From positions 135,427 to 199,426 of the forward strand of contig JAHLWZ010000636.1 of the NCBI GenBank assembly GCA_020536535.1: DNA of 64,000 bases, written 5' to 3'. The stretch comes from Pelomyxa schiedti (lineage: Eukaryota; Protista; Evosea). The position numbers were made by a program, and so were the translations under genes. The notes under the pieces are model-generated. The model made no database searches, was not told the origin of the DNA, and saw nothing but the letters and a program-made list of their open reading frames with translations. Positions 34,382 through 48,135 of the stretch are shown piece by piece (the stretch's first letter is position 1; each line of letters opens with the position of its first letter).

Positions 34382-35893
34382 ATGAGGCTGTTGGTGAAGA
34401 CATTGACTGGGAAAGTGCTCACTTTTGATGTGCCGTCTGTGGACACGTATTCGATTGAAGACCTCAAGTCTGATATCGAGGAGTCTGAGGGGATTGGGTT
34501 TGACCAAGTGAGGCTGGTGTGTGCTGCCACTTTGAAATGGTACATAATATTTCGTTTGGTTTACACCTTTGATAGGTGTATGGGGGAAAGCTATTGCAGG
34601 ATGAAGCGATACTTTCTGACTATGGATTGTCGAACGATAAGGAAGCCACTTTCCACCTCGTCTCTGCTGGATTGAGGGTCAGTAACAATATAATTAATCC
34701 ACACAGAAAATTAACCGTGTAAAACTGCATACAGGGAAGGCCCTCAACTCTAAAGCATCATAAGCAGTGGAGGATTATTTTCCGAGAGGCTTACCTACCT
34801 CCCCTTGAGGATGAAAACAGAGACTGTATGCTTTTTTTTCCTTTTTTCGAAACTCAGGAATTTCTTTGATTCATTTCTCAGTGGTCATTACCTCCTTGCA
34901 ACAGTTGCTTGCAGTATGTAACGATGCCGATTGCAAGACGCTGCAAGCACAGTTGGAAGAGGTTAGAGCACAAGAAAACAATAGAACACTTCCAGACCCC
35001 GGTATTTTATTATACCTAAATGGTAATAGTAATCTCACCAAGGAGTATTTGATTTCCTTACCCCTTTGTGGAAATCTGCTAGTGTGAATATTCTGTTTGG
35101 ACTATCTGGTGCTACTCGGATGAGAACTAATACTTGCCGGCTTTCCCTGCACCTGTGGCATACCATTCTCTCCCTTGCGAAGCCAATGAAAAGTGCACTC
35201 TCATTACCACAATTTTATCCTCATACTGGACTTAGATGAGAGTGTGATAACTAAGCTCACTATGTGCTTCAAAGCAAAACTGAAGCCGATGCTTCCATGT
35301 ACAACATTACACCCCATAATTTTCAGCTCAACATTTCCCCAAGCCCCCAGTAGGGAGCTTGCTGTTTCTGTATTGCCCAAGGTTATCACCTGTGCAGGAA
35401 ACATTCTCACCCACTCGGCGAATTCTGTTACTTCCTTGCAGGTACAGCTCACATTTTCCAGCAATGACCCCAAAGCTCTTGCTAGTTACCAGCAACGAAC
35501 CGCTTTGTTGTTCAGATACTGAGCCTTGGTTGTTACGGCACTATCGCTGTGGGAATGGGTCTACCAAACTACCCCAATAACAAAATGCCGGGATGGCTCC
35601 GGAACTCGTATGCTATCTGTTACTACAAAAAACAAACCACTAATACAACACACAGTGTAGGATTCCACGGTGATGATGGAAATGTGTACCACAATAACGT
35701 AATAGTGGCCAGGGAGTGGCCATGGAACCCAATGGATGTGATAGTGTGTGAGAAACAGGAGCCAAACTATGTTGTGCTGAGCCTGAATGGCAAGGAAGTG
35801 ACACGAGTTTCATTCCCCGCAACAAGTGAACTTATTCCAACTATTGGGTTCTCCAGCCCTCGTGAATCCGTGCTTGTGGACCTATGCACTTAA
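34382..35893 (+). CDS. Ubiquitin-like domain + C-terminal SPRY (RanBPM-type) protein
   Basis: MRLLVKTLTGK..IEDLKSDIEESEGI..VRLVYGGKLLQDEAILSDYGL; SPRY AVGMG..YPNNKMPGWLRNSVGFHGDDG..LNGK..LIPTIGF. Confidence 0.8.
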
Positions 35894-35976
35894 AACAAAA
35901 CACAAAAAGCAATAATGCCTTTGTCTCACCCTGTTGGAAAGGGAGAAAAAAAACAGAAATTTACCTATGTAATTGT

Positions 35977-37070
35977 TTACAGTTCTTCCAAATAATTTGT
36001 GGGTACAAATCCAACTGAGCCATCACTCTTCTGAATGTACCACCACCCAGTATCCCCACGTTGTTGTATTGTCACAATCTCACCTTCACTCACAGCAACC
36101 TCGTTCTCATTTGATGTAGTAAAATCATATAGAACTTTGGCAGAGTCAGTGCTGGCACTGGGAGTGGGAGTAGGAGTGGTAGTAGGTTCACTAGGTTGGG
36201 TAACTGGTGGTGTGCTCCTTTCTGGCGACTCTGTTGAGGCTTTTTTTCTCAGTTTTCCAGAAAGTTGGTTGTGAAACAAACCTCTGTCAACTGGTGTGTG
36301 GGCTCCTGAGAGTCTCGGCGGAGGATCGAGGGCCTTTGTTGGGGGTGGCCCTTCATCATCCTGTCTTGAGGAAAGTACAGAAGAGGGAAATACCAGAAGT
36401 TTTGTGCATTAGGTCAGAGAAAGAAACGGAAAACAACATTTCAATACGCAACTGATGGAACCGATGCGGGCTTGGAAGGCTCGTCATCTTTCTTATGCTT
36501 TGGTTCATCATCTGGCTTTCCAGGCTCTTGTAGTTTTGCTCTTTCTGCTTCTTTTTCTTCAATTTGATGCTCGATTGCAATAATTTTCCCCTCATATTCA
36601 TGGAATAGTTTATCAGCCTGGAGAGTGAAAAAGAATAAGAAATAACTGCTATCTGTACAAAAGCAAGCGAATACCGCATCACGGTCATTCCGCCTCATTT
36701 CATCGAAAACCTTGCATTAAAGGCAATCAATGGTTAGATATCGACTAAGAGGAGGAATACCTTCGGTCCGAATTCTTTTTTCAGAGCTGCATAGGATAGA
36801 GAGTTAGTTCATTGTGTTGACAACATAAAAGAAATTGTGAAGAACTTAAAGAATTCCTTCAGTGTTGGTTAACTTGAGAGTGTGTTCCATAGAAACGAAT
36901 GCAACACACAGAGTGCGAAAAATAAAGCGAAAAAGAAAGCAACTGCAACAACATTCAATTTTGGTCCTGAGGCTGTGAATGTCAGTCCACAACTTGGTGC
37001 GCTGTGCACTCCTCATGGTCTTGTTCCCAGTCTCTTGGGTAATGGTCTTGAATTTGGTGAACAGCGACAT
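35977..37070 (-). CDS. Coiled-coil + Pro-rich + C-terminal SH3 adaptor protein
   Basis: C-terminal AKVLYDFTTSNENEVAVSEGEIVTIQQRGDTGWWY..GFVPTNYLEEL*; helical N-terminal exons start at MSLFTKFK. Confidence 0.85.
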
Positions 37071-39446
37071 CCCCCCTTTTTGGCCCTCTTCTCCCAATCA
37101 ATCGTCAGTGGCTCTTCTCGTTGATTTTTTTATTCCCTTTTTCTTCTGTTCCTTGATCGTCTCTTGATGGGTTTCCTCTGCTTTTCCCTAGAGAAGACTC
37201 CCCATGCGTGTCGAAGACGTGTCCAACGACACATACCATCTTCGGTGCAGTCTGGACCCTGTCCCTTTTCTATTTCTTCGAACCATCTTTGTGACGATAG
37301 GAAAAACGGCAACGGTGGCAAGCGGAAAAAACTTTGGATTTGGAATATTATTGGTGCTACTTGTAGTAGCTACGACTGTTACGAAGGTGGAGAGCTTCTG
37401 GAAAGTGGAACTTTGTTGTGGAGGGTTGGTGTGGTGAGTGGGATAATTACTGACTTGGGTGGCTTTCATCCGTTCATGGGTGGGGTTGGGTACAGTAGAG
37501 TGTAGTACAGGGTATCACAGTGCATTACAGCCAGTCAGTGTGTGATGTTACTCATCTGCGTTACGTAGCTCACTCTGTTAGTGCCAGTACGGCAAGGCAT
37601 TTGTCGTGATCACCAAGGCAGTCCTGAGAGTGGAAGTGAGTGTTGTGTTAACAAGGGTGAGGGTTTTGTACCTCAGGTTGTGAGGGTTATAACAACAACA
37701 AAACTTGTAGTGTACGAAAAACAGGGAAATATACACCAATATCATCCAATCCTCCTCTGACTCTGGGGTTTGGGTTAGATTTTTCGTGGAGAAGAAAGTT
37801 TATTACCTTGGTTCGTAGGTTGGATTATGGGGTGCTACGATTTCAGTGCTGCCCTCACCGTGCCTCGTCTTATTTTCGTGGCGGTTTTGTTGCATTGTGA
37901 TGAACTCCGACGGGTTTCGTGTTACATTTCGTGTGGAGGCAAATATTTTTGTGTTCAAGAAACGGTGCTGTTGTTGGTTATTGCTATTGTTGTTGCACTG
38001 GAATGGGGAGCCAAGGTGGCCGTGTGGTAGTGGATGAGTTGAGTGTTGCCTGTGTGTGACTGGAGTTCATGAAGGTAGATGTGTTCGTGGCAGCGTGATC
38101 ATCACGACGGCGTTGTTCCGTCCTAGCGCGCACGGTCCCATCATCGAGAGTGACTGGGTCCTGCGAAAGATTCGAGTTAGCGACACCAACACACGTGGGT
38201 GCACAAAAACACGAAGAAAACAACGAAGGGGGGAAAAAACTACACGAGAGATCGGTATGTGTACCTGTTCACGTGTGCAGCGAGGAGCGATATCGGTGTC
38301 GCGTTTCGGCACAGTAGCCGTCGCTCGCGTGCGTGTTACTTTGGTTGGTTTTGGTTTTGGTTTTGGTTTAGTTAAAATTTTCGGTTTAAATAATCTGGGG
38401 GAGGGGATAATTACTGCGAAAAGAAGGCGACGCCGGCCAAAACGGCAACTGTTACAGTTGCTCCGCCCAGTTGGGCGTACAATTGAATAGACTCTGAGAC
38501 TTACACTGGCAATCACCGCATACTGGTGGGGCTTCCACTTCCGTAAGACTCGGAGATCAGGCTCCAAGGAAGACCGCGGAGTAGATCTTGATCATCAAAT
38601 AATTCGTCCATCACCGTCAGGTGTCCAAACGACGTTCAAACGGAGCCCGTATGTTACGGTGTGCATGCAGTGCCATGGAGACCGCCGCTCTGCTCGCCAC
38701 ACAGTCAATTGTGGGACCGTGCGTGTATTGTCACTACGTGTTGGGGGATAGTTGTGGTATGTGGCTATTGCGTCGCCTCACACAGCCACTGTCTCGCGAT
38801 GCCTGGGAATTGTGGGACACGCGCCGTGCTCCCACATCGGCCGGTCGGTGCACCCTTGATTTCACGCCAAACTCTCTCAACGAGGTTGTCCCATAATTGG
38901 GCCGAAGGGTTTTCCGTCGCTCGGGTGGCCATAAGTGTACGTTGTGGCTGACGGGACAAACCCACGGCACAATCGCCCGTTGTGGTCAGCACAGACGTAT
39001 ATGCCAAGTCCTGTAATGTTGGGAGCGAACGTCACGGTCTTTCGGCGTGGTTTTTTCCGTTTGTACGAGAATTGAAATACTCGGAAATGCACTGCAAGGA
39101 CGGAAAATCGGTTTCTCACTGAAGAGAGTGACCGGGCCACAACGCGCAGAACCATTGTTTCTTTTGTGCATGCCGCATTTCGGCAGAGTGAGACAACGAT
39201 TTTCCTCCCTCACTGATTTCCTTTCCAGGAAGCTTTCGGCGAACAAGAAAACTCGAAGTGTAGTAGCGTGGGGCGTGTGACTCTCGGAGCGTTGTGGTTG
39301 TTGCACTGCGAGGGGGGGCGGTGTGGTTGCATAAGCGGTCTACACGTCACGTCAAATAAAGTGCGTGGGGGGGCCTTTGGTGTAAGTGACAGCAGCACCT
39401 CTGTCACTGAGAGGGAGGGAAAAAACCACCGCCAGCAAGAGCTGAC

Positions 39447-42400
39447 ATGATGTCGTCGTCCACGTCTGTGTACTCGTCGTCGTCGGCGGCGGCGGCGTCG
39501 GCAGCGAGTGGCGCTGCGCCCGCGTCCTCGTCATCGTCTTCTTCTTCTTCCTCGTCCTCGTCGTCGCTGCCTCCGCCACCGGCGATGCCGCCGCCGTCTC
39601 CTTGGCAGACTCCGTCGTCGCAGCACAGAGGCAGTACTGGCATCCTCCCACAACAACCGCAAAGTCAGCTGCTGCAGCAACACGGTACTACTAACGTGAC
39701 TGCTGAAAGTATGTACACACTCTCTCGCTGTCCAACTCCTCTCCCCTTCTTGAGTCTCTCTCCCTCTCCCTCTCTGTCTCTTTTTTTTTTATTATTTTTT
39801 ATTTCACCAGATTTGTTTCCAAAAGGTGGTGACTGGGTTCCAAATGAGGCTGCATTGGGCTCTTTGTCTTCCTCCTCCAAGCACCACCGCTCTGCTTTGA
39901 TAAAATCGACTACTTCCGCTCCTACACCTCTGATTTCGTCAGCACCTTCATCTTCCTCTCCAGCTCTCTCAAATTCACCTTCTTCCCCTGCTCAAGGTAA
40001 TTCACTTAGAGGGTTGGCCCACAAAAGAATTTCTTCAACCGGTTCACCTGCCGTAATCGCGCCTATACCTCCAACACAAATTCCTCTCTATGTGCAGCTC
40101 AATTACAGTCCCACATCTATCATAGCCAACATGATTCAGTCAGAACTGTCTCTGTGTGCAGATTTCCGGGCTTGCCCCAATCAAGTTTGTTTTGGTCTCC
40201 TTATATCTTTTTTATTGTGTCTATCTAAAAGGGTATATTCTCAATAGGTCACAGCTATGATAACAGTGATGGATCTGATTTGGCTTGCAGATGACAAAGG
40301 AAATATAAGTATCTGGCGAGTGACTCAAGATAAAGTACTGTAACTTTCATAAGAATTCCTAAAAAAACCCAGATTTCCAAATGTCATGAATTTGTTGCCC
40401 ACCTTTCAGCAATTACATCACTTGTTATTGTGAAGAGAACCACAGAATCTCCCTCAACGAATTCTGTGTGGAGTGCATCAACTGACAGTGTGATTAAAAT
40501 TTGGGATTCTGAGGTAACCCACAGATTTATTTAACCAATGCCAATCAAACATACTCTCAAGACTCATGGTCTTATCAAATCAGTGAAAATTCTACCTCAT
40601 CTCGCAACTTGTCGTTTTAGTCTTGTTGCAAGGGACACCTTTGTGTGGGCCCATTTTCCTGCAGACGTAATGCTGTGGGATGCTGCAGTATGTGAAAGTG
40701 GAGAAGTTTTGATGGATTTTTTGACACCTTTTTCTTGAAGGGTAATCCATATGGCACCTACAGCATACCCCATGATGATCCTATTTCTCATGCTGCATTA
40801 ATTTCACATAGATCAATCTGGCTCACTTCGGGAGGCAATATCACTGTAGTAACCATACCAAAACAAATTGTAAGATGTCAGTAGTACAAGGATTATCAGT
40901 AACCAATACCACAGTTTGAACAACTTCAGGCAATGCATAGTGGGAACTCTAATCCAAAAACCAGTTGGCACCGAGGTTCTCTGTATGTACATTATCTAAA
41001 TCTGCCACGGAGAAAATAACTAATATTTGGCAGGTCTCGAAATATTTCCCCTGATGGAACTCTTCCCGTTAGCTCAACCAATAACGATTTGAATATTAAA
41101 TCTTTCTAAATAGCTGGGGGAGGAAGATTTAAGACAGTTCCCAGTTGACGATTCAAATGCCACTGTAACCTGCATTAAGTGCGTTGCTGCACGCCATGTG
41201 TGGACAGGGGACTCTTGTGGCTTTATTTCTGTTTGGGATGCACGGGTGTGTTTTATCACATGTCACTGCTCACAACAAACTGGGCACCATAGTCTTGCGA
41301 TCTTCTATGGAAAATAGAACCCCCACGGAAAAATATGACAGTCACTGCTTTTGGTGACGGTAGCAGCTTCCGAAGCCCTCCTTGTGTGTGGAGTGCATAT
41401 GAAGATGGTCTTGTATGTCTCTGGCACGCTGAGGTTTGTGCTAGGCCTTATTTTTGACCTCTCATCAACTGTTTCACGTCAGACATACCATTGCCTGACA
41501 GAGTACCACATGCGAGCCACTGTCCGGCATTTTGGTGTATGCTACACAACTCCTTCAATGTGGTCATGTGATTGCGAGAACAATCTTGCTGCATGGTCCT
41601 TCATTCCTCATAAATCCAGTTCACACATTGAAAGCATCGAAGGTGGTGGTAAGTTTGTTGGCAGTGTAATTGAAATCAATGGAAAGCTTGCTAAACATGG
41701 ATTGGTATTCCCCTTTCGTTGGAAAACAAAAATCAACTCACTTCCTTGATGTAGGGTGAATTACATCTACGACAAGGAACCAAAGGCTTGACTTCCTATG
41801 CTGGAAGGTGGATTGGTGATAAGGTATCACTGGGAAACTGAAATCAAAGAGCACACCAGGTACTTATAAAACAATAGAGGCATGGCTTTGGAGTTGAATC
41901 GTCAAATTCAGAGGGCCGATACTATGGCCACTGGAAGGATGATGAGGTTCTAGTGTCTCAGCTTTTCACACAACTCACATCACACCAGAAATCAGGTTTT
42001 GGTGTTCAGATACACACTGATGGGGTTACGTTTGTTGGATATTTTGCACATGGAAGACCGAAAGGATCAGGAGGTAGGCTGTCACCTTGGAAAGTCTTAC
42101 CAACATTTTCTTACCTCAAAGTTATGCACTTTCCAAACGGGGACTTTCTTAATGGAAATTTTGATGGGAATTCAATATCAAGTGGAAATTTTGTGAAATG
42201 CATCATTCCCATGAGGTTGCCAAAGAATATGAAAAATATCTTACCTTCACCAAGTCATCTGAAAAAACGATCTCCTCAAGATATGGGAACATTTGATGTT
42301 GATCAACACACAATTGAAGGAGAGACCAAGCGAGCACCAAAATGGAGATTTTTGATGCCCATTACCCCTGACGACCGGCAACACGCGTCATTGAATAGCC

Positions 42401-44799
42401 CTCCAGAAGAAATACTGAAGGTGTTGTCCTTGTAGACCTCATTATTGTTGTTAAAGAAGTCTAGCCAACCAAGCTTCAAGATTCTATGGCTACCAAATTT
42501 GGTGAAACTAAGATCAACAGCAGAATATTTTGCATTTTGTTGAAGTACCCTTCACTCGATTGTTATTGCAAATTCACTTTCAACAGTGATGCTAACAGTG
42601 AATTGGGGAGATGCGTTTATTACTTCAATCACATCTTCACAGTTCTTTATCACGGAACCCCTACAAAGGATCCAGAAACTCTGTTGGCGGACGCCGTGGA
42701 TGACATACATACATTTGCAGGTGCCAAATTTTGGAAATGAGTTAAAATACAAGAAATAAACTACAGAACAACTTGTTCGCACTGCTGAGAGTTTGTATGG
42801 TACACAGCCACCTCAGCGAAAATTGGATTGGTTGTATTTTGCAAAGACTATAGTTATAGGAATTGTATATGCGGACTTGTTTGCTCTCTATAAAACTACT
42901 GTAAGCCACCAATGTTGTCATTGTCATCTTATTCTGTAGTTCAAATCAGTTAGTCAGTTACTCTCTATCAATCTCAATTCTTTGAGGCTTAAAACGCTTA
43001 AAGAACTGGGTGTTAATAAAAAACTGTGGCTTTGGGTAACATCCCCTTACACATTGATACATTAAGAACAATGTCAGGAAGAGTTAGGACAAGTAAAACC
43101 AACCATTGGAGCTCCTGACACCCCCACAATGACTACAATCGATGCAGCAACATCGCACAGTAAACCAAACTTGAGTGCCCCTCTGCCACCACCTGACACA
43201 ATCATCGACTTTCAACCACCGCCACCACCCTGGCCAATTCCATGCCTTACACCATCACCAACTCCTTCCGATTTTCATGAGCCTGAGGGCGAGCATAGCA
43301 CACAACCGGCAGTCATTGCGGTAAAATCCATCCCTCCCGTACCAAGTTGCCCACCACCGCCTCCCCCCGTAGTTCCTCCTCACACAACGTCACCTATGCA
43401 AACCAATCTCGTAGCGGTTCCTGTTAGCAACCATCCACTTCAAGTTGGAGAACCTAACCCACCTGCATCAATATCGCCGCCTTTACCACAACCACATGCA
43501 CTATATCCTCAAGCCCTTGTGAAGCCTCCTGCGTCACCACAACTCCCTTCACCATCTCAGCTGCCACACTTTCCACATACGCAAATTCAACCTACGTCTG
43601 AGACTAAACTCAAACAATGGACCCCATCAATCAAGCACCAACCATCAACGGCGATTTCGCAATCCTCCCAATCGCCTCTTCTTCCTCTTCCAGCACCAGA
43701 GGAGACAGTAGTCCAGCCTGAGCCGGACGGTTTTCCTTTTTTTAAGCTATCGAAACCATTCACCTTTTCACAGATTGTAAATTCTTACCATACCATTGTG
43801 CAATAAAGCAAACAAATGAGCTTGTTCACTGCTCATCAATACAACGCATACTTGAGTGTATCAAGGGGATTGCTACAGCTATACTCGATGATATCAATCA
43901 GTATTACAGACGGACACAACCAAAGTCACCGGCTCAAATTGACCTGTAAATTTCAATGCTCTTACTTCCCCAAAGCTAAATCTAACTAGTGGCTGCGATG
44001 ACATGGTGTCCATTCTTACCTATGTTCTCATAAAGGCCAATGTACCCGATCTCCCTGCCAAGCTCGCTTTTGTAAACGAGTTTGCTGATAGAGATTTACT
44101 TGCTGAAGAATCCAAGTTTAGGTTTTTTTCCTTGGGGTTTTCCCCCCTCCTCACGACATTAGAGTAATACAACTTGAGCAAGCAATGAAGTATAATCAGG
44201 GCCTGCAATGGGAAGTGAAAGATGAAAATGGAGTTGTTGTTCCTCTTCAAGGTGTGCAACGAGTGTATTTTTCCATTAAAAATAATATGAACCTCCAGTG
44301 ATTGAAAGGAAACTGTTGGAGACTATGCGAACAGAAAATATGGCATTTCAGAGTATGAACAAGCAGTCACCTGTAACACACTGGCTTAGTGAACTACTTC
44401 TTCTTTGCGGGACTGTCCCCTACGAAATCTTGGTTGTTGGAGGTACGCTAGCTATCCCTGGGTAGAAAACACACTAAACCAAACCCACCAGAGAAATTGG
44501 CCAGACCGCCGTTGCGAGTGCCTTACAGAGGGCCAAACATAAGGTGTTTGTCTCTACTTAAGGAACCCACGTAAGTTACCAGTCCCATACAACCCTCCTT
44601 AAACAACAAACAAACCCAGTCAATTAGCATTTACTTTGTGACAAGGTACTTCCAACTAGCAGAAAGGATATTGAGCAGCGTGGGCATCACCTTGCACCAG
44701 CATGATGATGACTACTTCTTAATGACCTTTCTTACTACCTTCTCTGCACATGTATACATTCACCTCTCAAAGCAAGTTGACCTTCAGTCAGCACTGTAA
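39447..44799 (+). CDS. WD40 + MORN repeats + VPS9 (Rab5-GEF) protein, alsin-like; 3' end uncertain
   Basis: WD-like VWSASTDSVIKIWD and VWTGDSCGFISVWD; MORN RHGFGVE..YYGHWKDD, KSGFGVQIHTDGVTFVGYFAHGRPKGSG, HFPNGDFLNGNF; VPS9 GCDDMVSILTYVLIKANVPDLPAKLAFVNEF. Confidence 0.8.
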
Positions 44800-44863
44800 C
44801 CCTCCCCTATATACTCCTGTTGTTTTTAGTAATTTTTTTTTGAAATCCAATCCACACATTGTT

Positions 44864-46316
44864 TCACAGTAGTCCATGATCAGCTCTTCTTCGTTTTTGA
44901 GTCTCCAGGTCAGACACGCGTTTGGCTTTTTCGGGTGATGCCTCCCACTGACCAAGCCGGTCTTGGAGGTCATGGTCATAGAGAAAAGTGCCGTCAAGTT
45001 GATTGCCAAGAGTAAGCCATCCCGGCCGCACGTTGTGCTGCCTGCCAAATAGCTCCACTTTCCGGGTGTTGGGTGACAGCCGTTCAATCATATCATAGAG
45101 CTCGTCGGGCTTTCTGCTTGTTTCTCGGACTTCAGAGACAATTACGTCACAGTCAATGCAGGTATTGGCACTTGGGAAGCCTTTGACAGCGACAAGGCAA
45201 TGTTCTTTCGAGTGGTTAAGCCAGTGCCCTGTCCTTCCAGTGCGGATAATGCGCTGGAGTTGATTTGTCTTTATCCAAACAATCTCTTGTACAATTCTGT
45301 ATCTGTTATGCATTAGATTACAGCAGATATTGCAGCTGAATACCCCCAGTGTTGAATGCATTCTCTCCCCTTCTCCATTGCTCTGCCAGTTACCCACAAA
45401 AACATATAGCCGTCATCCTGCAAGCACTGAATGTTTAAGAGTTGAATTTCATCATCATTAAGTGTACCATATGTCAACTAAAACGAGGTTTAGATTTAAG
45501 TATCAGAAAGAGGTTGTCAACTTCCATGTGTATATCCCATGGGGGATCGATCATGACTATGGAGTATTTTCCTAGAATTGACAAGTCTAAAAGCCTGATG
45601 TCACACTGTATCCACTGTCCATGTGTAACAGACTTGGTAGTGTGATTTGATGCTTCGTTGGAGGATTCCTTTTGTACGGTGGTGGTCCCTAACGGGGATT
45701 TGTATGAAGAACGGTCAATCTCATAATGCACATATTGGCACGTGTCCATTCGTCTGCATGTGTCCAAGTACGAGCAATCACCAAGACTTAAATCGGTGTG
45801 TGGCTTTATGATTCTCCTGAAGTGCACCTACAGTAGACTGAGCATTTGAGGTGAATGAAATCAGTTTTAGGTCTGTTGCAGCCACCTTTTGGCAGGTCGT
45901 AGAGTGCCGTTTTTCTATACAGTCGTCACGTGTACCGTACTCACAGAATTCAGCAAATGTGTCAACTTTGGATTTGAACTACGCCATTTGAATGAGGGGT
46001 TCTCGACAAAGTGGAAAGAAATGTCATTGTACATGGCCTGTACCTTCTCAACTAGAGTCTTCTCCCGAACTGAGGGCTTAGATAGTAACTCCTCCATCTC
46101 CGTTCCAAGCTTTTGTTGTAGCGATTCGTTGTAACTTGGCTTCTCCAGCAATTCCATGAGATGAGTCAACTCGGCTGCACCTTTGACAGATGAAGACGAT
46201 GACGATGACGATGACGATGACGACGAAGAAACCGACGCCGAAGAAGTGTGTGTGGTGCTTGTCTTCGTCCTTTTCGCGGCCGGTTGTCGCTGATCCGCAC
46301 CGTTACGTGCCGACAT
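44864..46316 (-). CDS. METTL3: mRNA m6A methyltransferase catalytic subunit (MT-A70)
   Basis: CCCH region [37 protein letters not shown]; catalytic [11 protein letters not shown]; [10 protein letters not shown]; [27 protein letters not shown]; [16 protein letters not shown]; [17 protein letters not shown]. Confidence 0.96.
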
Positions 46317-46469
46317 GTGTTACTTCGCGTTCTGTTTTATTGGCAATCCGATAATTACGTTTATGAGAACAACGATCGGTAGGGCAGTGATGCCAAAACA
46401 AGGTAAAAACAACAACACTAAAGTTGTCATTTTAAAAAGCAACGGGGATAGTGTGTTGTCCCGTGCCCG

Positions 46470-47933
46470 TCAATCATTATAATGGGTGTGGCTTGGATCT
46501 TGGTACATCTGATCTTGGTCTTGGTCCTTCTCTTGCTCCTGGTCTTGATCTTCTTGATCTTCATCTTGACTGGTGACTTCGGCATTCCGGGCATACTCTT
46601 CCTTCAGTGCCGAAAAATACCGCTCCAGATTGGTGACACTTGTTTCATACATGTCTCTCAGCTAAATGCGTGGCAATCATAAATTAGAGGTCACTAGTAC
46701 AAAATGATATTACCTCCGCATATTGCTTCAGTAACCGTCTGTAGGGCTTGGATCTCTTCACTGCTGTATCCCTGAGGATCATGTTAGAACAATGAAGGTG
46801 ACACGATTTCAACTTACCTTGCAAATATTTGTTCATAATACTGAATCGTAGAGGCACTAAAAGCATCATCCTCCTTCTGCTTGTATTCCCACTCATCCGA
46901 GTCATCATCTTCAAATTCATTTGGTGGTGCATCAGCAGGGCACGGAATTGCTCCTGGAGTTGGCTGAGCGGCATCATATTGAGGCTTCTGGGTAACAAGG
47001 TTATCGGGTTGGTCTTGCTTGGGCATATTTTCTCCTGGCTGAACAGACTGGGTAGGTCCTTGGTACTTCCGGATCTCCGTCTAATCCAAAGAGTAAGTTT
47101 TTTGTAGCAAGATATAGATCAAAGAAAAACCGCACAAGGGGCTTTGAAGGGTCCCAATAAACCTAGCGGAGTTGTTAACAGGTATACAACCTTTATGTTT
47201 GAATACTTACTACATAAATTGGCATAGGAGGCTCTTCATCCGAAAGCTCCGAGGAGCCGGCATCAGTGGCCTGGAAAGGTGATGTCTCCAACGCCGGGTT
47301 TTCTCCAGCAGTCATTAAAACGTTAGGAACAGTTGACTTGGCTTCTACAGGGAACATCATTGGAGATGAAGACACAAATTTGGGCTTCAGCGTGGCTTCG
47401 CTCAAACCGGGCAGCTCCTTTGAATTTTTGCTCCCACTGGCACCAGGAACGAGAGACCCTCCCGCTTGCAAAGGCCCACATGGTTCCACCATCTCCGGCG
47501 CGAGAGCAGCAACCGAGACTTGCTTTTGTGGCTCCTTCCCCAGCCGCGACATCATCGCCATCCTCCTCACGCCGTGCAGATTTTCTCCCCCGGCTCTTGC
47601 GTCCTCTGGGGCCTGACATTGGCTCACGTGCACTTGGCGTCCAACATCAATGCCATCGCCATCGCCGTCACCACCCTCAACTTGCTGACGACGTTGTGTA
47701 TTCACACCACCACGAGGATAGTGGTCGCTGAACTGTCTATGTCTATGCAGCTCTTGTTGTTGACGATTACGCCGCTGTTGCTGTTGCTGTTGGCGTTGGC
47801 GCGACCGTTGCTGGGCCTCTGACTTCCTCTCTGAGACCAATAGCCACCACCCGTAACTGCACACGTAGGCAACTATGAAGGAGGGTATCACCACCTCCAC
47901 GAACACGGCCGTGATCCAGGGAGGTACCGCCAT
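46470..47933 (-). CDS. Hypothetical protein with N-terminal membrane anchor, Gln-rich segment and acidic C-terminus
   Basis: MAVPPWITAVFVEVVIPSFIVAYVCSYGWWLLV followed by a polyQ/R tract; downstream minus-strand exons lead to ..DQDQDQMYQDPSHTHYND*. Confidence 0.5.
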
Positions 47934-48135
47934 CAAGACGACCAACCTCACTTATCCACGCCGCTAGTAGGTGTGCCTTTGCTTTGTGGGACGGGAAAAA
48001 AAAAATTTTGCTCGTAGGCAATGGGCACACAACGAAAAAGAAAGAAAGAAAAAAAGAAAAAAAAGGGGCTCTTTGCCCATCATCCCATGTTTCGCGTAAT
48101 GATGCGAGATCGGGTTTTTTTTAAAGGGGGATACT

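Noticed and set aside
38341-38372. (TTTTGG)n tract as an interstitial telomere
   Set aside because: Only 3-4 degenerate units in T-rich intergenic DNA.
17499-46316. METTL6 and METTL3 as an RNA-methylation gene cluster
   Set aside because: They are 26 kb apart with many unrelated genes between them and belong to different pathways.
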